Part shown: positions 50,701 to 64,000 of the stretch, piece after piece
Layout of the letters: each line of letters starts with the position of its first letter
Numbering within the stretch: the stretch's first letter is position 1
From: Raillietiella orientalis
Taxonomy: Eukaryota
DNA length: 64,000 nt
Assembly: GCA_036172245.1 (NCBI GenBank)
Contig: JAYWIR010000002.1
Coordinates: forward strand, 6,820,001-6,884,000
Direction of reading: 5' to 3'
Program-made: the position numbers and the translations under genes
The notes under the pieces: generated by a model
What the model was told of the DNA's origin: nothing
The model's database searches: none
What the model saw: the letters and a program-made list of their open reading frames with translations, nothing else

Positions 50701-51081
50701 GTTTGCTCACCCTCCCATTTGGGGGCTGTTCCGTACATTTTCTGTTTACTTGGATGAGTATGCTGAAGTAATTATAATTTTTGTATTCTTGATTACCCAT
50801 TTGGCTAAATGTAGGTGGAGAATTCACAAACCCAGCTGAACCCATCTCCTCTAGTGTTGGCACGGCTGGATATACATTTTTATGGTGGAAGACTGCAGAC
50901 CAATTTGAAGGAAGTAACGCATGTTATTGTAAGCAGTAACGATTTCTCACGTCTGCCTACCTTGAGGCAAAAAAATATGGAAAGAGCGAAGAACTTTCAC
51001 ATAGTTTTAGATGAATGGATACAGGAATGTCTCAAAAAAGGAAGAATCTTGGAGGAAAGATATTACTGCCCTTCAATATAA
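47721..51081 (+). CDS. LIG4: DNA ligase IV (NHEJ ATP-dependent ligase with tandem BRCT domains), ~897 aa
   Basis: 13 exons: 47721-47891, 47938-48095, 48252-48406, 48459-48634, 48684-48892, 48939-49096, 49136-49331, 49374-49500, 49546-49669, 49714-50030, 50083-50598, 50648-50767, 50815-51081 (2694 nt, in frame). Motifs: LLPQLDKERPAYGIKE, GDFAEIAY, EQKWLIRIL, adenylation ETKVDGER, ILDGE, FDIL, EEGLVLK, WIKIKPDY, MRFPR, BRCT1 (GATLVQNP...WLLECI), FDKYGDSY, BRCT2 (FYGG...THVIV...WIQECL). Confidence 0.97.
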
Positions 51082-51589
51082 TTTCCTTTATATAATGGCA
51101 TACTGATTTTATTAAGATTAAGATTTGTGCAGAGTGTATATAATGAATTATCTGTTTGTATGATTTGCTGTTTTCGAAAAATGTAGTCACTTTTTGTAAG
51201 CAATATGAAATGTTGACTTTATCGATTCAGAAATTCACTGGATCTGCCATTTAGTTCACTATCTATGATGTGAATGTACCTGCATTAAATAATAATGAAG
51301 GATCATTTCGGTTTGTTATTGTAATATTTTTCATTGATCCACCTGGAAACATCAAAATACTTTCAAGAAAAGTGCATTAGATATGCTTGCTTTCAGCATT
51401 TAGTATGTTTTCTCGTCTTGAAAGATCATTCAAAATCATTAGAACTGTTCTGGCCCATTGACGTTCTATTCCAGTGCTAATCTCACATTGTAGGACTTCA
51501 TCTAAACATGGCTGGCAAGCTGGCTGCAAAAATTGAGATGCAACAGTATTACGTGACTGTTGAGATTTAGCAGTTATCGTTGGCTTCGG

Positions 51590-52630
51590 GCCAGGTTTCT
51601 GTACCATTTCCTTGATTTTGATAGTCCGAATGCTGAAACTCGCACATGAGAAGTTCCTTTTAATAAATGCTGAAAGATCTATCGAAGACGTCTCATATCT
51701 TCGGGTCATGCATATTCTAAAAATCTTAATTTTTATTCAGTTTGGTAGTCTGCAGCAATTCCGAGTGGATATTCTAATGAACTCCACTGAAAATCTCTGA
51801 TCAGTTTTTGCCCAGCTTCAGGCCAAATTGTACAGGACTCTGTTCTGAAATCTACTGGAGTTCAAATACTGCATTTAGATTGCAGAATCAGAAACCAAAT
51901 CCCTACTTTGTGCTCTTGAGAAACCATGAGCAACCATTTCGAGAATGCAGATACAAAGTGTGCACCTTGGATTCCCATCTTAAGGTGTTGAAGCATCATC
52001 TTAAAGTATCAAATTTTCCAATGATGAGTCTTCCACGGCACTTCAAGCCGACTTAATACGAAAACAAAATCTTTTCTATCATAATTTCCTAGCTCCCCAC
52101 AGTCCACTTGCAATTGATCTATACCAACCTTCCTTTGTGGAACTAGTCCCTTTTGGTTTACTCAACAAATTTATCACCTCTATATTTTCTCAATATGGGA
52201 ACCGCTTTCAAGTGTGGTGATTCTTAGTTCTTCAGAAATGCACACTTCTCTCCGGCATGCAAGAATGATTACTGAGATCAAATGGTTACTAAATTCTTAT
52301 CTCTCTGAGATCCCACTCAGGAAAATAACCAAGCACGGAAACGCCTCCTGAACAGCGAGGAGGATGCAAAACATTTCTAATTTCCTGTCCTGATGCATTT
52401 CGTCTCTTAAGATGCAGCATCAATACCCTTGTCTACAAAGATTCTCGAAAAATTGCTGATTCTTCCAAGCAGTGCCTTTAGACTGAAGCATGATATTCTC
52501 ATCCAACAATTTCCGTTGCCTTCTTTGGCGCCGCTCTAAAGCTCTTCGTGCGTTTATGAAGAACGTCGAGGGACAGTTCCGTGTGCTCATCGGTAGTGCT
52601 TTCCGACCCTGTCTCTCTTTTTCCTGTAAG
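51590..52630 (-). mobile_element. Probable decayed hAT (ZMYM1-like) transposase 3' fragment, convergent with LIG4
   Basis: RRQRRQRKLLDEN (~52510, cf. RRxRKxxFDE) and LPN*IKIKIFRICMT...ETS...FIKRNF (~51650-51750, cf. FPNLxIxLRIxLT..ERSFS.LKLIKNYL); contains stops. Confidence 0.3.
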
Positions 52631-54139
52631 TCATATGTCACATACTTTGGGTAGATTTTTTTGTAGTCTACATATTCCTTAGAATTCCCTGACAATCAGC
52701 AGTACTGGTTATCTCTTGATTTTTTTTTTTTTTTTTTGAGATTTTTTTCCCCCTCTCGTTCTGTTATAAAACACCTTTTTTATCCACTAAACGCACTACT
52801 GTCTATCTTAAGAAGTAACAGCTATCCTGAATCGGTCATGCTGCCTCTCAGATTCCTTAGAATCCATTCTTTTTCTCAACAAGGACCAACTCTACTACCA
52901 GAAACGAGGTGCTCTTTTTTGTAGCTCGGGCCGCGGAACTCTCAACTAACCTCTAACTGCATACATGGTGTATATTCAAAGCCACGCCAAGCTTTGCATT
53001 TCTTTTTCTCATCTACGAATAAGTAGATATATAGGTTTGGGGAGAACAGAAACTGGATTTTTCATTTCTGTACACGCTTTGACTATGCAAAATCCCCAAA
53101 GAAAAAGTACATGACTCGAAATTTTAATGCAACTCAATGGATGACCATTTGGAAGATGCGCAATCTGTTTTTAGTGAGCAGCAACTGAAAAGTTATGAAT
53201 CTTGAATTACCTGTCAAGGCCCCTTATGGAAAGGGTCACGGCCCTTTCCACAAGGAGTTCACGCAACCAGTTGATGTGCAGGATTCCAGAAGTCCTCACG
53301 GAGGACACTTCGGCATGACCCCCCTACCCTCTCCACGGTATGGTGCTATCGTGGTTTTTCGAGGAGGGGAAGGGTACAAAAGGCTTCAGCGCAAGAACAG
53401 GATCACCATTCGTCGCCGCCTCAAAGAAGGAGCAAGATGCATTCGCGGATGAAAGAAACCCGCACACAGAACGAATACCGGCGACGGATGTCCGGAATCT
53501 TGAAACGGGATGGATTGGGGGGCTTGAGAACCTTCGCTGTGTTCCCTCCCCCCCCCCAAGGAAGCGAAAAGTGGGGATCGAAGATCTTCTCTCAAGTTCA
53601 GAAACGAAAACTTCGTTGCCGCATGAAACGGCACCCAGGACGCGTTCTTGATTCTCCCGATGACCTTGAGGGTACCGAAGGAAAGCATGATAACAAAAAG
53701 TTGTGGAAACCTCCATTTCTTTGACCGAGAGTCACTATTCTTTCGTTTCCGTTGGCTGGTTTGCAGTGGTAAGGCATTGAATTTTTTTCCCTGAAAGTCA
53801 GAGTTTTGGTTGACGCGATTCCTAGAAGTCCAGAGTTCCTTCCGGCATGTGCCTGAAATTCAGGTGCCCGCGTGGACATTTTCCTTCCTTCAGAAAACTT
53901 TGGGAATTCCGAGTTTGCAGGTGACCTTGCGACCACTACCCATGTGAGGAACCGAACAAAGTTCCCATAATTTCGACGACGCAGGAAGTGGATCTCATCC
54001 GCGAATATGAATTACAAATGTTATAAATTATATAAAATATCCCAAAATATCCTTAGCCTTTATATAAAATATCGATTGGTACGGTAAGGATAACTGTACT
54101 GCTAACATGAACTGGCGAGGAAAACTGGCAGGGATAAGC

Positions 54140-54330
54140 AGATGTGCTTATGTATGTATGACATATATATACATACATATCATCATACACACACACACAC
54201 ACGTGTGTGTGTGTGTGTGTGAATGAGTGAGTGAGTGACTGTGTTGTACATGTTAATATACATATACACACACATACATGAGTACACATACACACAAAAT
54301 AGACACACACGTGTGTTTGTTTATGTATGT
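54140..54330. repeat. Alternating purine-pyrimidine microsatellite cluster with palindromes
   Basis: (AC)8(GT)9 at 54187-54220 forms a perfect 32-bp palindrome; also TATGTATGTAT...ATACATACATA and ACACACGTGTGT (~54305). Confidence 0.9.
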
Positions 54331-55249
54331 GAATTGGATTCGCATGTCTCAGTAGTCGTTTCTTCGTAGGGAGCAGCTTTGCTTTGATTCTGCACGAAAA
54401 TCAGCATCCATCGTAATGAAATAGGCCCAGGCCCCACACCACCGTAGCTGGCATTCGGTAACAAGGTTCACAGCACGCCTCTGCCGGGGTGCTCAAACAA
54501 AAGCCACCGACTCGACCGTGCGATTCCATCAGTACGGTGTCATACCGAGGTCGCACAAAATCGTTGCTGAACGGCAAAAACAACTATGCAAGCAAAGAAC
54601 GACTGAAAATCATCGGATTTTATGGTCTTCGGAACTTTTTTTCAGCCGGAGCCTTCCCGTTTTCAGCATATTCGGACGAAATTATTCGGTGGAAATGCTC
54701 GTTATTTAATTGAAAGTTATCTGCACTGCAGAATGAAAAGAAGTCCCCAATCCAATAAACCACTGATCTGATTTTAAAACACAGATTTGTCTGGAGGGTT
54801 CACGGAAGCGAAAATTCCTTCCTAAATAATCAAGACTAGAAAATTTCCTTTCTTGCACAAATTCTTGCACAGAATTACTCCATGGGCGCCTCTTACTGGC
54901 ATTAAAAGGGGGGACTTTCCTCGCTTTGCATGAGTAAAAAAAAAAAAAAAAAAGTGCCAGATTGTGGAATTAATGTTTTCCTCTGAGTTTTGGAATTAGG
55001 AGTAGAATTGTGCACAAGGCACTTTATAGTGACCTGGGTTACGCGAAAACATCAAGTCAAATAATCATAACATTGACGTAAACATGCAAATTTTTGCAGA
55101 ACAAAGCGTTTGCCCTGACTCATCGCGGAACGCAAGAAATTGTCTCTTCTACTTTATCCAGAAAAGCGAAGCAAAGGAGAAAGGAACCGTCGATCCAGGA
55201 TTCCGTAGACCCAACAAACTGTTATGCGGAGTCCCCATTTCTCCGCAGG

Positions 55250-55950
55250 ACATTACCGTGAGATTACGGCCGCAGGCGTCTCCGCGTGGCATCTGCCAAC
55301 GGCGTTCAGGAGCAGCAGCACTGTCGCGATACGCTGAAAATCACGAGATTCCCTTAACCCTTCTTAGTATGAGAACGCTGCACCGGAGTATGAGAAACAT
55401 TTGTGAAAAAGAAAGGTCTCGCACCCCATATTGCAGTGCAGCAAAGGTGACCAGTGACTCCGAGCTAGCAACCTGCTTTTTCAGAGCCGAATTGATGCGG
55501 AGCCCAATGCCATACAAACAGCCGAGATGTGGTTCCTCTCGTTACACCAGGACACACATAACCAACTGCCTTTCATCTCGCCAACTGATACGAATTCTCG
55601 GAAGCATCATCTGGGAAGAGTTGAGGATAGGGAAGGAAGCGATCCAAACTATGACCTTAGGCCATTTCCTTTTCACTGCCGCATGTGAACTCCATCCACA
55701 CAATTTTTATACTTGGCGAGAATCAGACAATTTAAAGCAAGAGAACAAACAAAAGATCCAGGAACTGTACCAAAAATAATCAAGAACACGAGTGAGATGA
55801 ATGGAAGGAAATGGACAAAGATAAGGGAACTGGCTCCATGGTTTTGCTTATTTGGGCCTTCAGCGGCCTTCGAATCAGCTGCGTATGCAAAACAGTTTGA
55901 TGCAGATTTTTTGCCCTCTCTCTGAGAGAGAGCCAAAATAACAGTCCATT
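55250..55950 (+). mobile_element. Possible decayed hAT (Ac-like) transposase fossil
   Basis: VTSD...CFFRAEL (cf. VTDN..CFAHTL), LARIRQFK (cf. LERLLEQK), KWTKIRELAPWFCLFGP (cf. EWxxIxEL..LxPF). Confidence 0.25.
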
Positions 55951-58900
55951 GCCAGTCTGCAACTGCTGGAAACTACGTTGTGAGAATATTTAAATATTTC
56001 GTGCGACAAGAAAGGAATCGCTGACGAGCCTGCAACCTAGCAACATGTGGTCATTTTTTTGAAGAAAAAAAAAAATGCAAAATAGGTAAAACATGAATGT
56101 GAAAAATATGTGAAACAGATGTAAGAATACGTACTTAACCGGACACTGCTTTCACGACATCACTTCAGATCACAGTATTATTTATTGTTTCTTCCAAACA
56201 CGATAGGATATCACCTCCAGTTTACTTCATAAACGAAAGAGCCTACACTCTCTCTACCAACACCTTTTCGGAAATTTTCATGCAATCTGCAATCACTCTC
56301 AAGAGACATGTGAAGTAAAGCGACATTTATCCTTCAATTAAAAGTCCATCAGTCGGCTTGATCCCCACGCTTTGGGGGGGGAGGGTATTAAGAACAAAAT
56401 TTTGTGTTCCCATTGAGACCCGTTTTGAATGGGAACTCTTTAAATCCTCCGAATGAGCTTCAGTTTAAAAGCCTCAGCTTAAACAAGCATTCTCGGGTCT
56501 GCCCCTTTGACATCTCCCGTGACAACGTGCAGAAGAGATACATTTGTCACCAAATCTTCAGGACAGAACCAAGCTACCGAGCAAAAATCTCGCTTCAGAT
56601 CTACCCGCACCTTGGCAGCAGCATCCGATGCCAAAGCGATCGATACAATTTGATAGGTAGGTACTTGAGAGAAAAGTTCCTGCTCCCTTATTCGGTCAAC
56701 CTTTATTAGAAAGTTGGGATTCAATATCGAAACTCCATATCTGCGTCTGCAGACCACGGAAGGGAATTTAAAGCTTATTTTGCAGCCGCACATGGGAAGC
56801 AGCATCCCCCTTACGTGATGTCTTGCGACGCTATCCGGGCAGAATCTCACATCTCGGTCGAAAATTCCTTTCTGCATCGAGGAATCTCATCAAGTGCCGC
56901 CAAACAGATACGAACGAATCAAATGAAAAGCATTTTAAATATCCACTCGAGTGCAGCTGACTCGGATCTCAGGGCCATTTTTTCTATCAAAAAAAAAAAA
57001 AAAGCGTGGAGGACTCGAGTCGTCCAAACTCTGCAAGCAGCAACGTCCCATTTCTAGGAAGGAAATCGATCGGCGTATTCATGCGAGTGCCGCCACCTAA
57101 ACGTACAGAAGTAAATATGCATTTTCTCTCTCAAATGCCTAACTATATATAGATATATATATGTATATCCCGAAAACTTGGATGCACATTTGGCCACAGA
57201 CGTCGTGTTCACATTCCACAGACCTTCCGGAGTACGAATGGTTGACATTTTAGCTTTACCAGATGAGGCGAGGGTATTCACACGAATGCAGTTTTAAATG
57301 GCAAGGGAGGGCAATTTTGTGTGTTTGGGCTCTCTGCCCTTTGGGGTTGCTGCCGTCAAGCAGTCCTGAAAAAAATCTTCGTTCAGATGCTTAGAAGAGG
57401 TTTCAAACTTTGTATTTCTCCGCCAAGGAGTGTTTCTGCTGCATGCTGAGCGATGGAGCCAGGTTTCAGAAGTGGTCCATTCCCCTCCCCCTGTCCGACG
57501 TGCCTGCAGCCCATCGGAAACCCATTCCTGCATCTCGTAAGACCGTGCAGGTTAAGAGTTCTAAGCACTCGCGAGCAGTGCCGGGAACGCTCCGTTCCAA
57601 GAGCCGGGCTCTCGCTGTCCCGCGCCGAATGGTCCAGCCCTGATGCAGAGGAGGACGCTGGCATCAGGGCTGCCTGTATCCTCTCCCAGCACTTCGGTCA
57701 AATCTCAGAGAGAAAGGAAGATGGAGCACTAGCAAGCATCAGCACACGTGCATAGATAAGTGGAAGTCAAAGTGAAACGCGATGAAAATGAGGTTCCGTG
57801 GGGCTGCCCATCATCATCATGTCACCATTCATTACACGCACTTGCATTGTATAATTGTGCACACCAAAGTTTCGTTTCCGTTCCACTTTTGTTCATTTCA
57901 CTGTTTAAAGAAAGTTTGGGATTACTGATGTTATCCCCCCCCCCCTTCCAGTAAAGTTTTTATAAATCCCATTATCCTTTCGAATGTTGAATAAAAAATA
58001 AATAAAACGGAAGCAAATCAAAGCCAGGAAGATGAAATGGACGGAGACATTAAGCAGACTTTTTAATCAATGAGAAAGGAAATTGTGATTTTTTTCCTAC
58101 GAATCTCACGTGTTTTTTTTTTCTTTTTTCTTTTTACCTGATTTAATATCAACACACATTTCATCGTATATTTTCTTTCTGTATGGCCATTTTGAATTCA
58201 TGAATCAATCACATAATCGTCATCACTTTTGGAGTGAAAACTCCTTGGGGGAATCCTGGAATGTTTTGCTCGGTTGCCAAGACGATCGTTGTCACGAAGA
58301 ATTTCCCAGACAAAAGCATGCTCAGTTTGTGACCCCCAGGACTGAGTCATGAATATTAGGATTGGTAACCCACTTGAAATGGATGCATGACTTATAGGAG
58401 CAGAGATACATATTTATGGTTGTCAATTAACAAGCATGAGGGAAGTGGCTGCTAAAAAAAAAATTACAAGTAAGATATTGTTCCACTGATATTTTTCCTT
58501 TAAAAAAATGAAAAATGAGAAACCTGTAAGGTGCACACACTACTTACTATGACGATCACTGAAATTTAACTTTTATTTCAGAAAGGTCGAGAAATAAGAA
58601 AACAGACAGCTCTTTCATGTGTACTATAAGGCGATTCTTCCATTTCAACGGCGCCCAAGATGGCGACGGTTTCCGTACTCCCAGCAACGGCAACTCCTCC
58701 TTAGCGAACGAAACCCATCAGAGTCCCTTGGACTTTTGCACACGGGAAGATGCTCCCGATGTGAAATCGGATGTCCTCTTTCCCGACGACAGACATCCAT
58801 CATCCTTTAGGAGCACGAAGTGCTCCCCACTCCAGGCAGGTGTTGCCCGGGGCCTCACGCAGGGAAACGCTAACGAAACCATTCTTGCAGCATGGTGAAG

Positions 58901-59177
58901 TAGAAGACATAATCAGCGAAATTTCCGCACTTATTAGCAGATCTGCAGAGACCTTGTTCCCGCACATGAACGGTATTCTGAGCCAAAAAAAAAAAAAAAA
59001 ACTGTTGCGAGTGACCCTCCCCACGAAACGGCTTCTTCACGCGAGTCCCGCGACGTAGCTGAAACCAAGCAGATCACGTCGATGTCACTGCGTGGAAAAA
59101 ATGGGCAGGCAGGAAAACGAGCGGATTTGAAACTGACGAAATATTCGATTGATGCTAGCAAGCATTTTTGCAGTCCT

Positions 59178-59208
<31 letters not shown>

Positions 59209-62200
59209 ATGAGAGATACCTGGAACTGGAAAAAGTTGTTCCATTCCTACCGTTCGCGTAAGGAGAGAGGGTAGCCTTCATCTTAATCCGAAGCATTTCG
59301 TTCTAGTGATGTGCCCAAAGGCAGAAATCGGGGTCAGAAATGAACTGAAATCATTTCCTTCAGTCCACTTGCGTCTATCGAAGCGCCCCGGCTTTTCATT
59401 AGAGAAAAGTTTCGAGAATCTCTTGCACTTGTTTTCTTCTTGTAGCTGTGAGAAGAGAAAGAATGGAAAACACAAAATAGAAAGCCGCAGCTTTACGCAA
59501 ATTCTTCCTTGATGGAAAATTTTCCTCGTGGAAATTCCATGAATTACTTCTTCATGTAATCTTGCTCCAGTCTACGATTTTGTGTATTCGAGGCATTCAG
59601 AATGAGCATCTGAGATCAGTAGTTTGAAAAACCTGCTGCTCGTGTTGATCAGTTAATGGATAGTACTATACCAGAGAGCCACAAATCTTTCGGCGAAGCT
59701 TTCTATGAAAGTCCAATCCAAGCTCTATAAATTGCACATTGCTAGAGCTGTGCCTTGCAAGCAGCCGGAACATAATTAGCAGCTTTGATACCAATTATCC
59801 ATGCTAAAAGTTACTCTGTAACAGCAATAACCAAAGCACCGAATTAGCTTTAATCGCGAAGAATGTATGTTTATGACGATGGATGGAGAGGGTTTTTTTT
59901 TTTTCGAAGCCCCTCACGCGCTGTTTTGAACTAAGTGTAGCAAAGCACATTGAGTAATAACGGAGTTGGGAAAAACTGGCAGTTGAAAAAGTAAGGCAAG
60001 AGTTTGTTTCACAGTGCAGAGGGAGAGAAAAAACTTTCCCATACAAAAAAAAAAGAAGGCATTTCTTATTCAAAACGGTGATCAAAAACGGAATCGACAC
60101 AAAAGCACTGTATGATATGACAACATCCATGGAGCAAGTTGGCAAGTTCTCTCATAATCTGCTTAGCATCTTACCTTACATCAGAAGACAGAAACGGAAT
60201 CATGATTCTGAAATGCAGCTAGCGTGCATTCCAGAGAAGATGTGGGCTTCGTCGAGGTTAATGATCAAAACAGTGTAGAAGCAATCGCAGATCCATTTCA
60301 AAAGAATTATGTTTCAAAAGAAGGATTTTCTCTGCGGCGACAAAGTTCGCCACGAAGCATGCTTGACGATCCTGGATTCCGAAGTCCGCGTAGGTGCCCA
60401 TTCCTTGGGCTTCCCGTTTCACGTTGATTGCATGTGTTGACAGTGCAGCAAAGAGTCCTCCTTCCATCTGGGTAACCAATTCGAATTTGGAATGCGAATT
60501 TTCCGAAGCTTCGAGGACCTCCCGTAATGGGGAATAATCAGTTCCGATTCCCTCGCAGGTTCCTCCTGTAGGTGACTTTTCCTGTCACGTGGAAATGGGA
60601 GTGGGAAAAAGTATTGCGATTTTTTGTGTCGCACCCGCGTACGCAGGAATGCAAATTAGGAATTTGCATGTCTGTCGCAACTCTCGGGAAACCGTTCGGC
60701 ACGGTTCCGGGAGGCGTGGAAAGAAGCGCCACATTCTTTGCTGGCAGATTGCGCGAAACGGAACCGTGGCTTCTAATTCGAACAGGTCGCCGCAGCTCTT
60801 GCAGCAACGCAACCCTTCGGTGAAATTTCTCTGCTGCCTCCTCCATCGTGGGCGGGGGAGAGGGATTTTCCTTTCGCACCGCATCGCATGTCGGGGGGGG
60901 GGGGGCTTTCAAAGAGGCAGTTTCTTCCCATCGGTCCATTCCCGTTTTGTAGACTTTATCAGAAATGCGAGAAACCTTCATTATCTACGAGCACGTACTA
61001 CGACGGAACCGCAAAACCTGGCAGTGCGAATCTTTAAACAAGTCATTGATTTATTCCCAAGATTAATCCCTTTAGAGAACGTTCGACTCATGTTTAGGAA
61101 TAAATTATTTTCATAGAGGAAAAATGCAGAAACTCTTAAATAAGAATGATGAAAGCCTTTTCTTGAATTATGATAAAGGGTAAAAAACAGGAAAGAAAAA
61201 GAAAGAAAGGGCAAGAAATTTGTAAGTATAAACAGCAAACCATAGTCTTACTCTACCTCTTCCTTTACTATAGGATTTGACTACTACTAGTATAACAGGA
61301 GCAACCTTTTTGCCTTTACTTTTTGTTGGTCTTTGGAAATTAGAGTCTTCTTGATATTCCAGGAAAAAAAGTCTCTCTGAAAAGATTTCATTAAATTCGA
61401 TTTCTGTTGCCACAGAGCACTGAGAGTGAACGAGAGCGAAAGGCTGTAGAGTTTGGCGGTTTGCTTTCATAAGTTTTTTTTTTTTTTTTCAATTTCAATC
61501 TGGGACCTCACAGTTTTATGATTGCTAAGCGGCCACCACAATCTTGCTTCCTATTGCTGTAACTCGAAAAGCTCGAAGCTCTTGCCCGCAATGCGGCATA
61601 TCATCTGGACCATTCTGAACACAGACGTGGGAATGAGATAGACTTTCTAAATCTTTTTTGAAACGGAGGCTCGCAAAAAATTCCTCGAGCCTTAGTTATA
61701 TTAATACGAATAAAATGCAGTCGTCTCTGCACAACGAGACGGGTTCCGTTTTTCCGTTCTAATATTGCTTGCTTCTCTCCAAAGGACCAAATTCCTGAAT
61801 TTGCGAAAATTCCTTCTTTTTTTTTATTTACTTATTCATTGCCAAATTTGTGAGAATGAAATTCGGGTGACTCCACTCTCTTTTCTGGCGCAAAGATCCT
61901 ATTGGAAGCGTGATCGTCAAGATGAAATCATCATTGTGTTTCGTCATCGTCAAGTAACTCTTTTGACTTACTGATGTGGAATTGAAGAATTCGTATGTGC
62001 ATAATTCAAGGGATTTCGCCAATCTCCTCCAAACCAGTACTATATCAACGCATCGGACATTCGGTGACGCGTTCCATCTATCAACCGGTTATTTAAAACA
62101 AATTGCGCATGAAATTCTTGATTTCCAAGAGCTTATTCGCTCCCCTCCCCCCTCTTTTCTTGCTCCGTCTCCTCTTTTTCTCTCAAACCAGACTTTTGTA

Positions 62201-64000
62201 ATGTGAATGTCTGGAGTTTGAATCAAGAGCATCACGAAGCATTTAAGAAATTTAAGAAATCTCTGTGGAAAATATGAAATCTTTCTCGAAAATCTGATAA
62301 CAGAAATGCGTATCAGAAAAAGCAATCGAATCTCAATCTGGAAAATGCGCAAATAAACGTGCTTGCCTCAGCCCATCTTCTGACTCCTGGTTCCGAGGAA
62401 GCAATCGAAGGTTTTTGAAAGTTCACTTACCAAGAACTGCGATGAGTCCATCAAAGCAATGTTCATCGAGATGAAGAAAAAGAAAGCATCAACAAATTGC
62501 AAAAACAGTGTCTGATCATTTCTTCCGATCCCTTGCAACATCGTGGATGGGATTTCCGCTTCATGATCAACTAGTCAGATGGCATGTACCCGCATACTTG
62601 TCCTCTATTAGCAAGGACAAGACATCATAAGCTTGCGCGAATTGAGTATGTAATGAGCGGTTGGTTTCCACACAGTTTGTTACTGCCCTCACATCCACCT
62701 TTAGTGGGTTATACAACAGCAAGTCCTCATAAGTAGGACGGCGTTTCCATGTTTTCAAAGTCGATTATGTTGCACTGATGTTAGAAAACTGACTTAAATC
62801 TATCGTTCTGTTCACATCCACACAGATAAATTTTCAAAATCCTAACTGTGGTTCTCCGTTATGTTGTGATTGAAAAAACATTATAGCTGCCATGAAACAG
62901 TTTTTTTTTTTTTTTCTTTTTCCTATTAAACAACCGCACACCATTACTGAACGACATGATCATTTATAGAGAAACTGTCCACAAAGAGGTGCATACGAGC
63001 TATGGCTTCAAACAGGTCAGTTGGTCATATTTTGCATGCGTTCGTGCCTACTGTAGAGAATAAAGCAGAAACGAGCAGTTCACACTGAAGGAATTGGAAA
63101 TGAGAAAGAGTGATATCGACGAAGGCAACTTCACGAATTCCTCGGTGGATCTTTTGGATAGCACAATTCCCTTGAACGAGGATTCTGATCTCGCGTGCGT
63201 CAGAGGAAACTGGAAAGATGCCGTTAAAGATACGAAATCGAAAAAAAATTCGACTGAATCAAAAACAGGTAGGTATTTGCGTGTCAGATTTCAAAAAGAA
63301 ATCGCAAATTTGAACCAGGAAAGAATGACATTCGGAAAATTGAAGAACAGCATTTCAACTCCTTTTTCGAATATTTCATCAGCAAGGAAAAGGAATTGTT
63401 TGGATATGAAAACCTTTTCCATCTAAACTTCGAGATGCAGGACTCGGAGGTAAAGGAGATAACAGATCCCCCCTTTTTGGAAGCAAACCCTAGGTTGTGG
63501 ATCCTATTGATTTACAAATATGTCATTTCCTTTTCACGAAGGCATCAGATTCCCTCGAGGCTACCGATGCCAAGCAGAATCAGTCCGTCAGCATCGCTTC
63601 CTGCAAATGTGGATCCTTTCGATCACTTGCATAATACCGTGCTGTCTTCCTGTGACTCAGAGAGACCGAGGACGTCGCAGTTGACTGCTGTTCACAATAA
63701 ATACCCTACAAAAAAATCACGCAAGCATTTCATAAATCAGCTTGTGACGGTAAGAGCCTCATGTTCCTATGTACCACCGACTGTGCGAAACCGTAAAGCG
63801 AATTCTGTGCGTGGATCCACCGCGCGTGACCACGTGGCGCGCGTTGGGACGCACAGCAAGTTCTTCCGGATTCCAGCTTGCTTTGGGTCGCATCCCCGTC
63901 CAGGCGTTCGTTGACGTTCCTGCTAATTGTATCCAAACGGAGCAGGAAACTCTTTCTAACCATCGTAGTTATTGCGGGGCTAAGAACGGAAATGCATCTC

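Noticed and set aside
51377..52695. Host protein-coding gene convergent with LIG4
   Set aside because: The ORF pieces cannot be joined by convincing splice sites, the intervening frames contain stops, and the fragments better resemble a hAT C-terminus.
55084..55779. 231-aa single-exon gene
   Set aside because: No coherent domain; weak transposase-like fragments continue in another frame.
56000..64000. Genes in the right-hand AT-rich region
   Set aside because: Only short ORFs broken by poly-A/T runs with no recognisable motifs; probably intergenic or intronic DNA with decayed repeats.

Overview
Eukaryotic (metazoan, probably invertebrate) genomic DNA with spliceosomal GT-AG introns and three recognisable + strand genes. 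These are the 3' ~1350 codons of the ciliary central-pair gene HYDIN (22 traced exons, stop at 15120), an SLC7/LAT-type heterodimeric amino-acid transporter light chain (ATG 27297, 7 traced exons, last exon not found), and a complete 13-exon DNA ligase IV (47721-51081) with very short introns. The left ~46 kb is GC- and CpG-rich and the right ~18 kb is AT-rich, with CpG depletion confined to the LIG4 block. Intergenic and intronic space holds several heavily decayed DNA-transposon fossils (one piggyBac, several hAT-like). The most unusual structure is a ~770-bp, ~99%-identical direct repeat bracketing exons 1-6 of the SLC7 gene. It carries a tRNA-like Pol III head, a captured 79-bp piece of that gene's own exon 6 and a hairpin-dense body. 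All homology calls come from recalled family motifs, not database searches.
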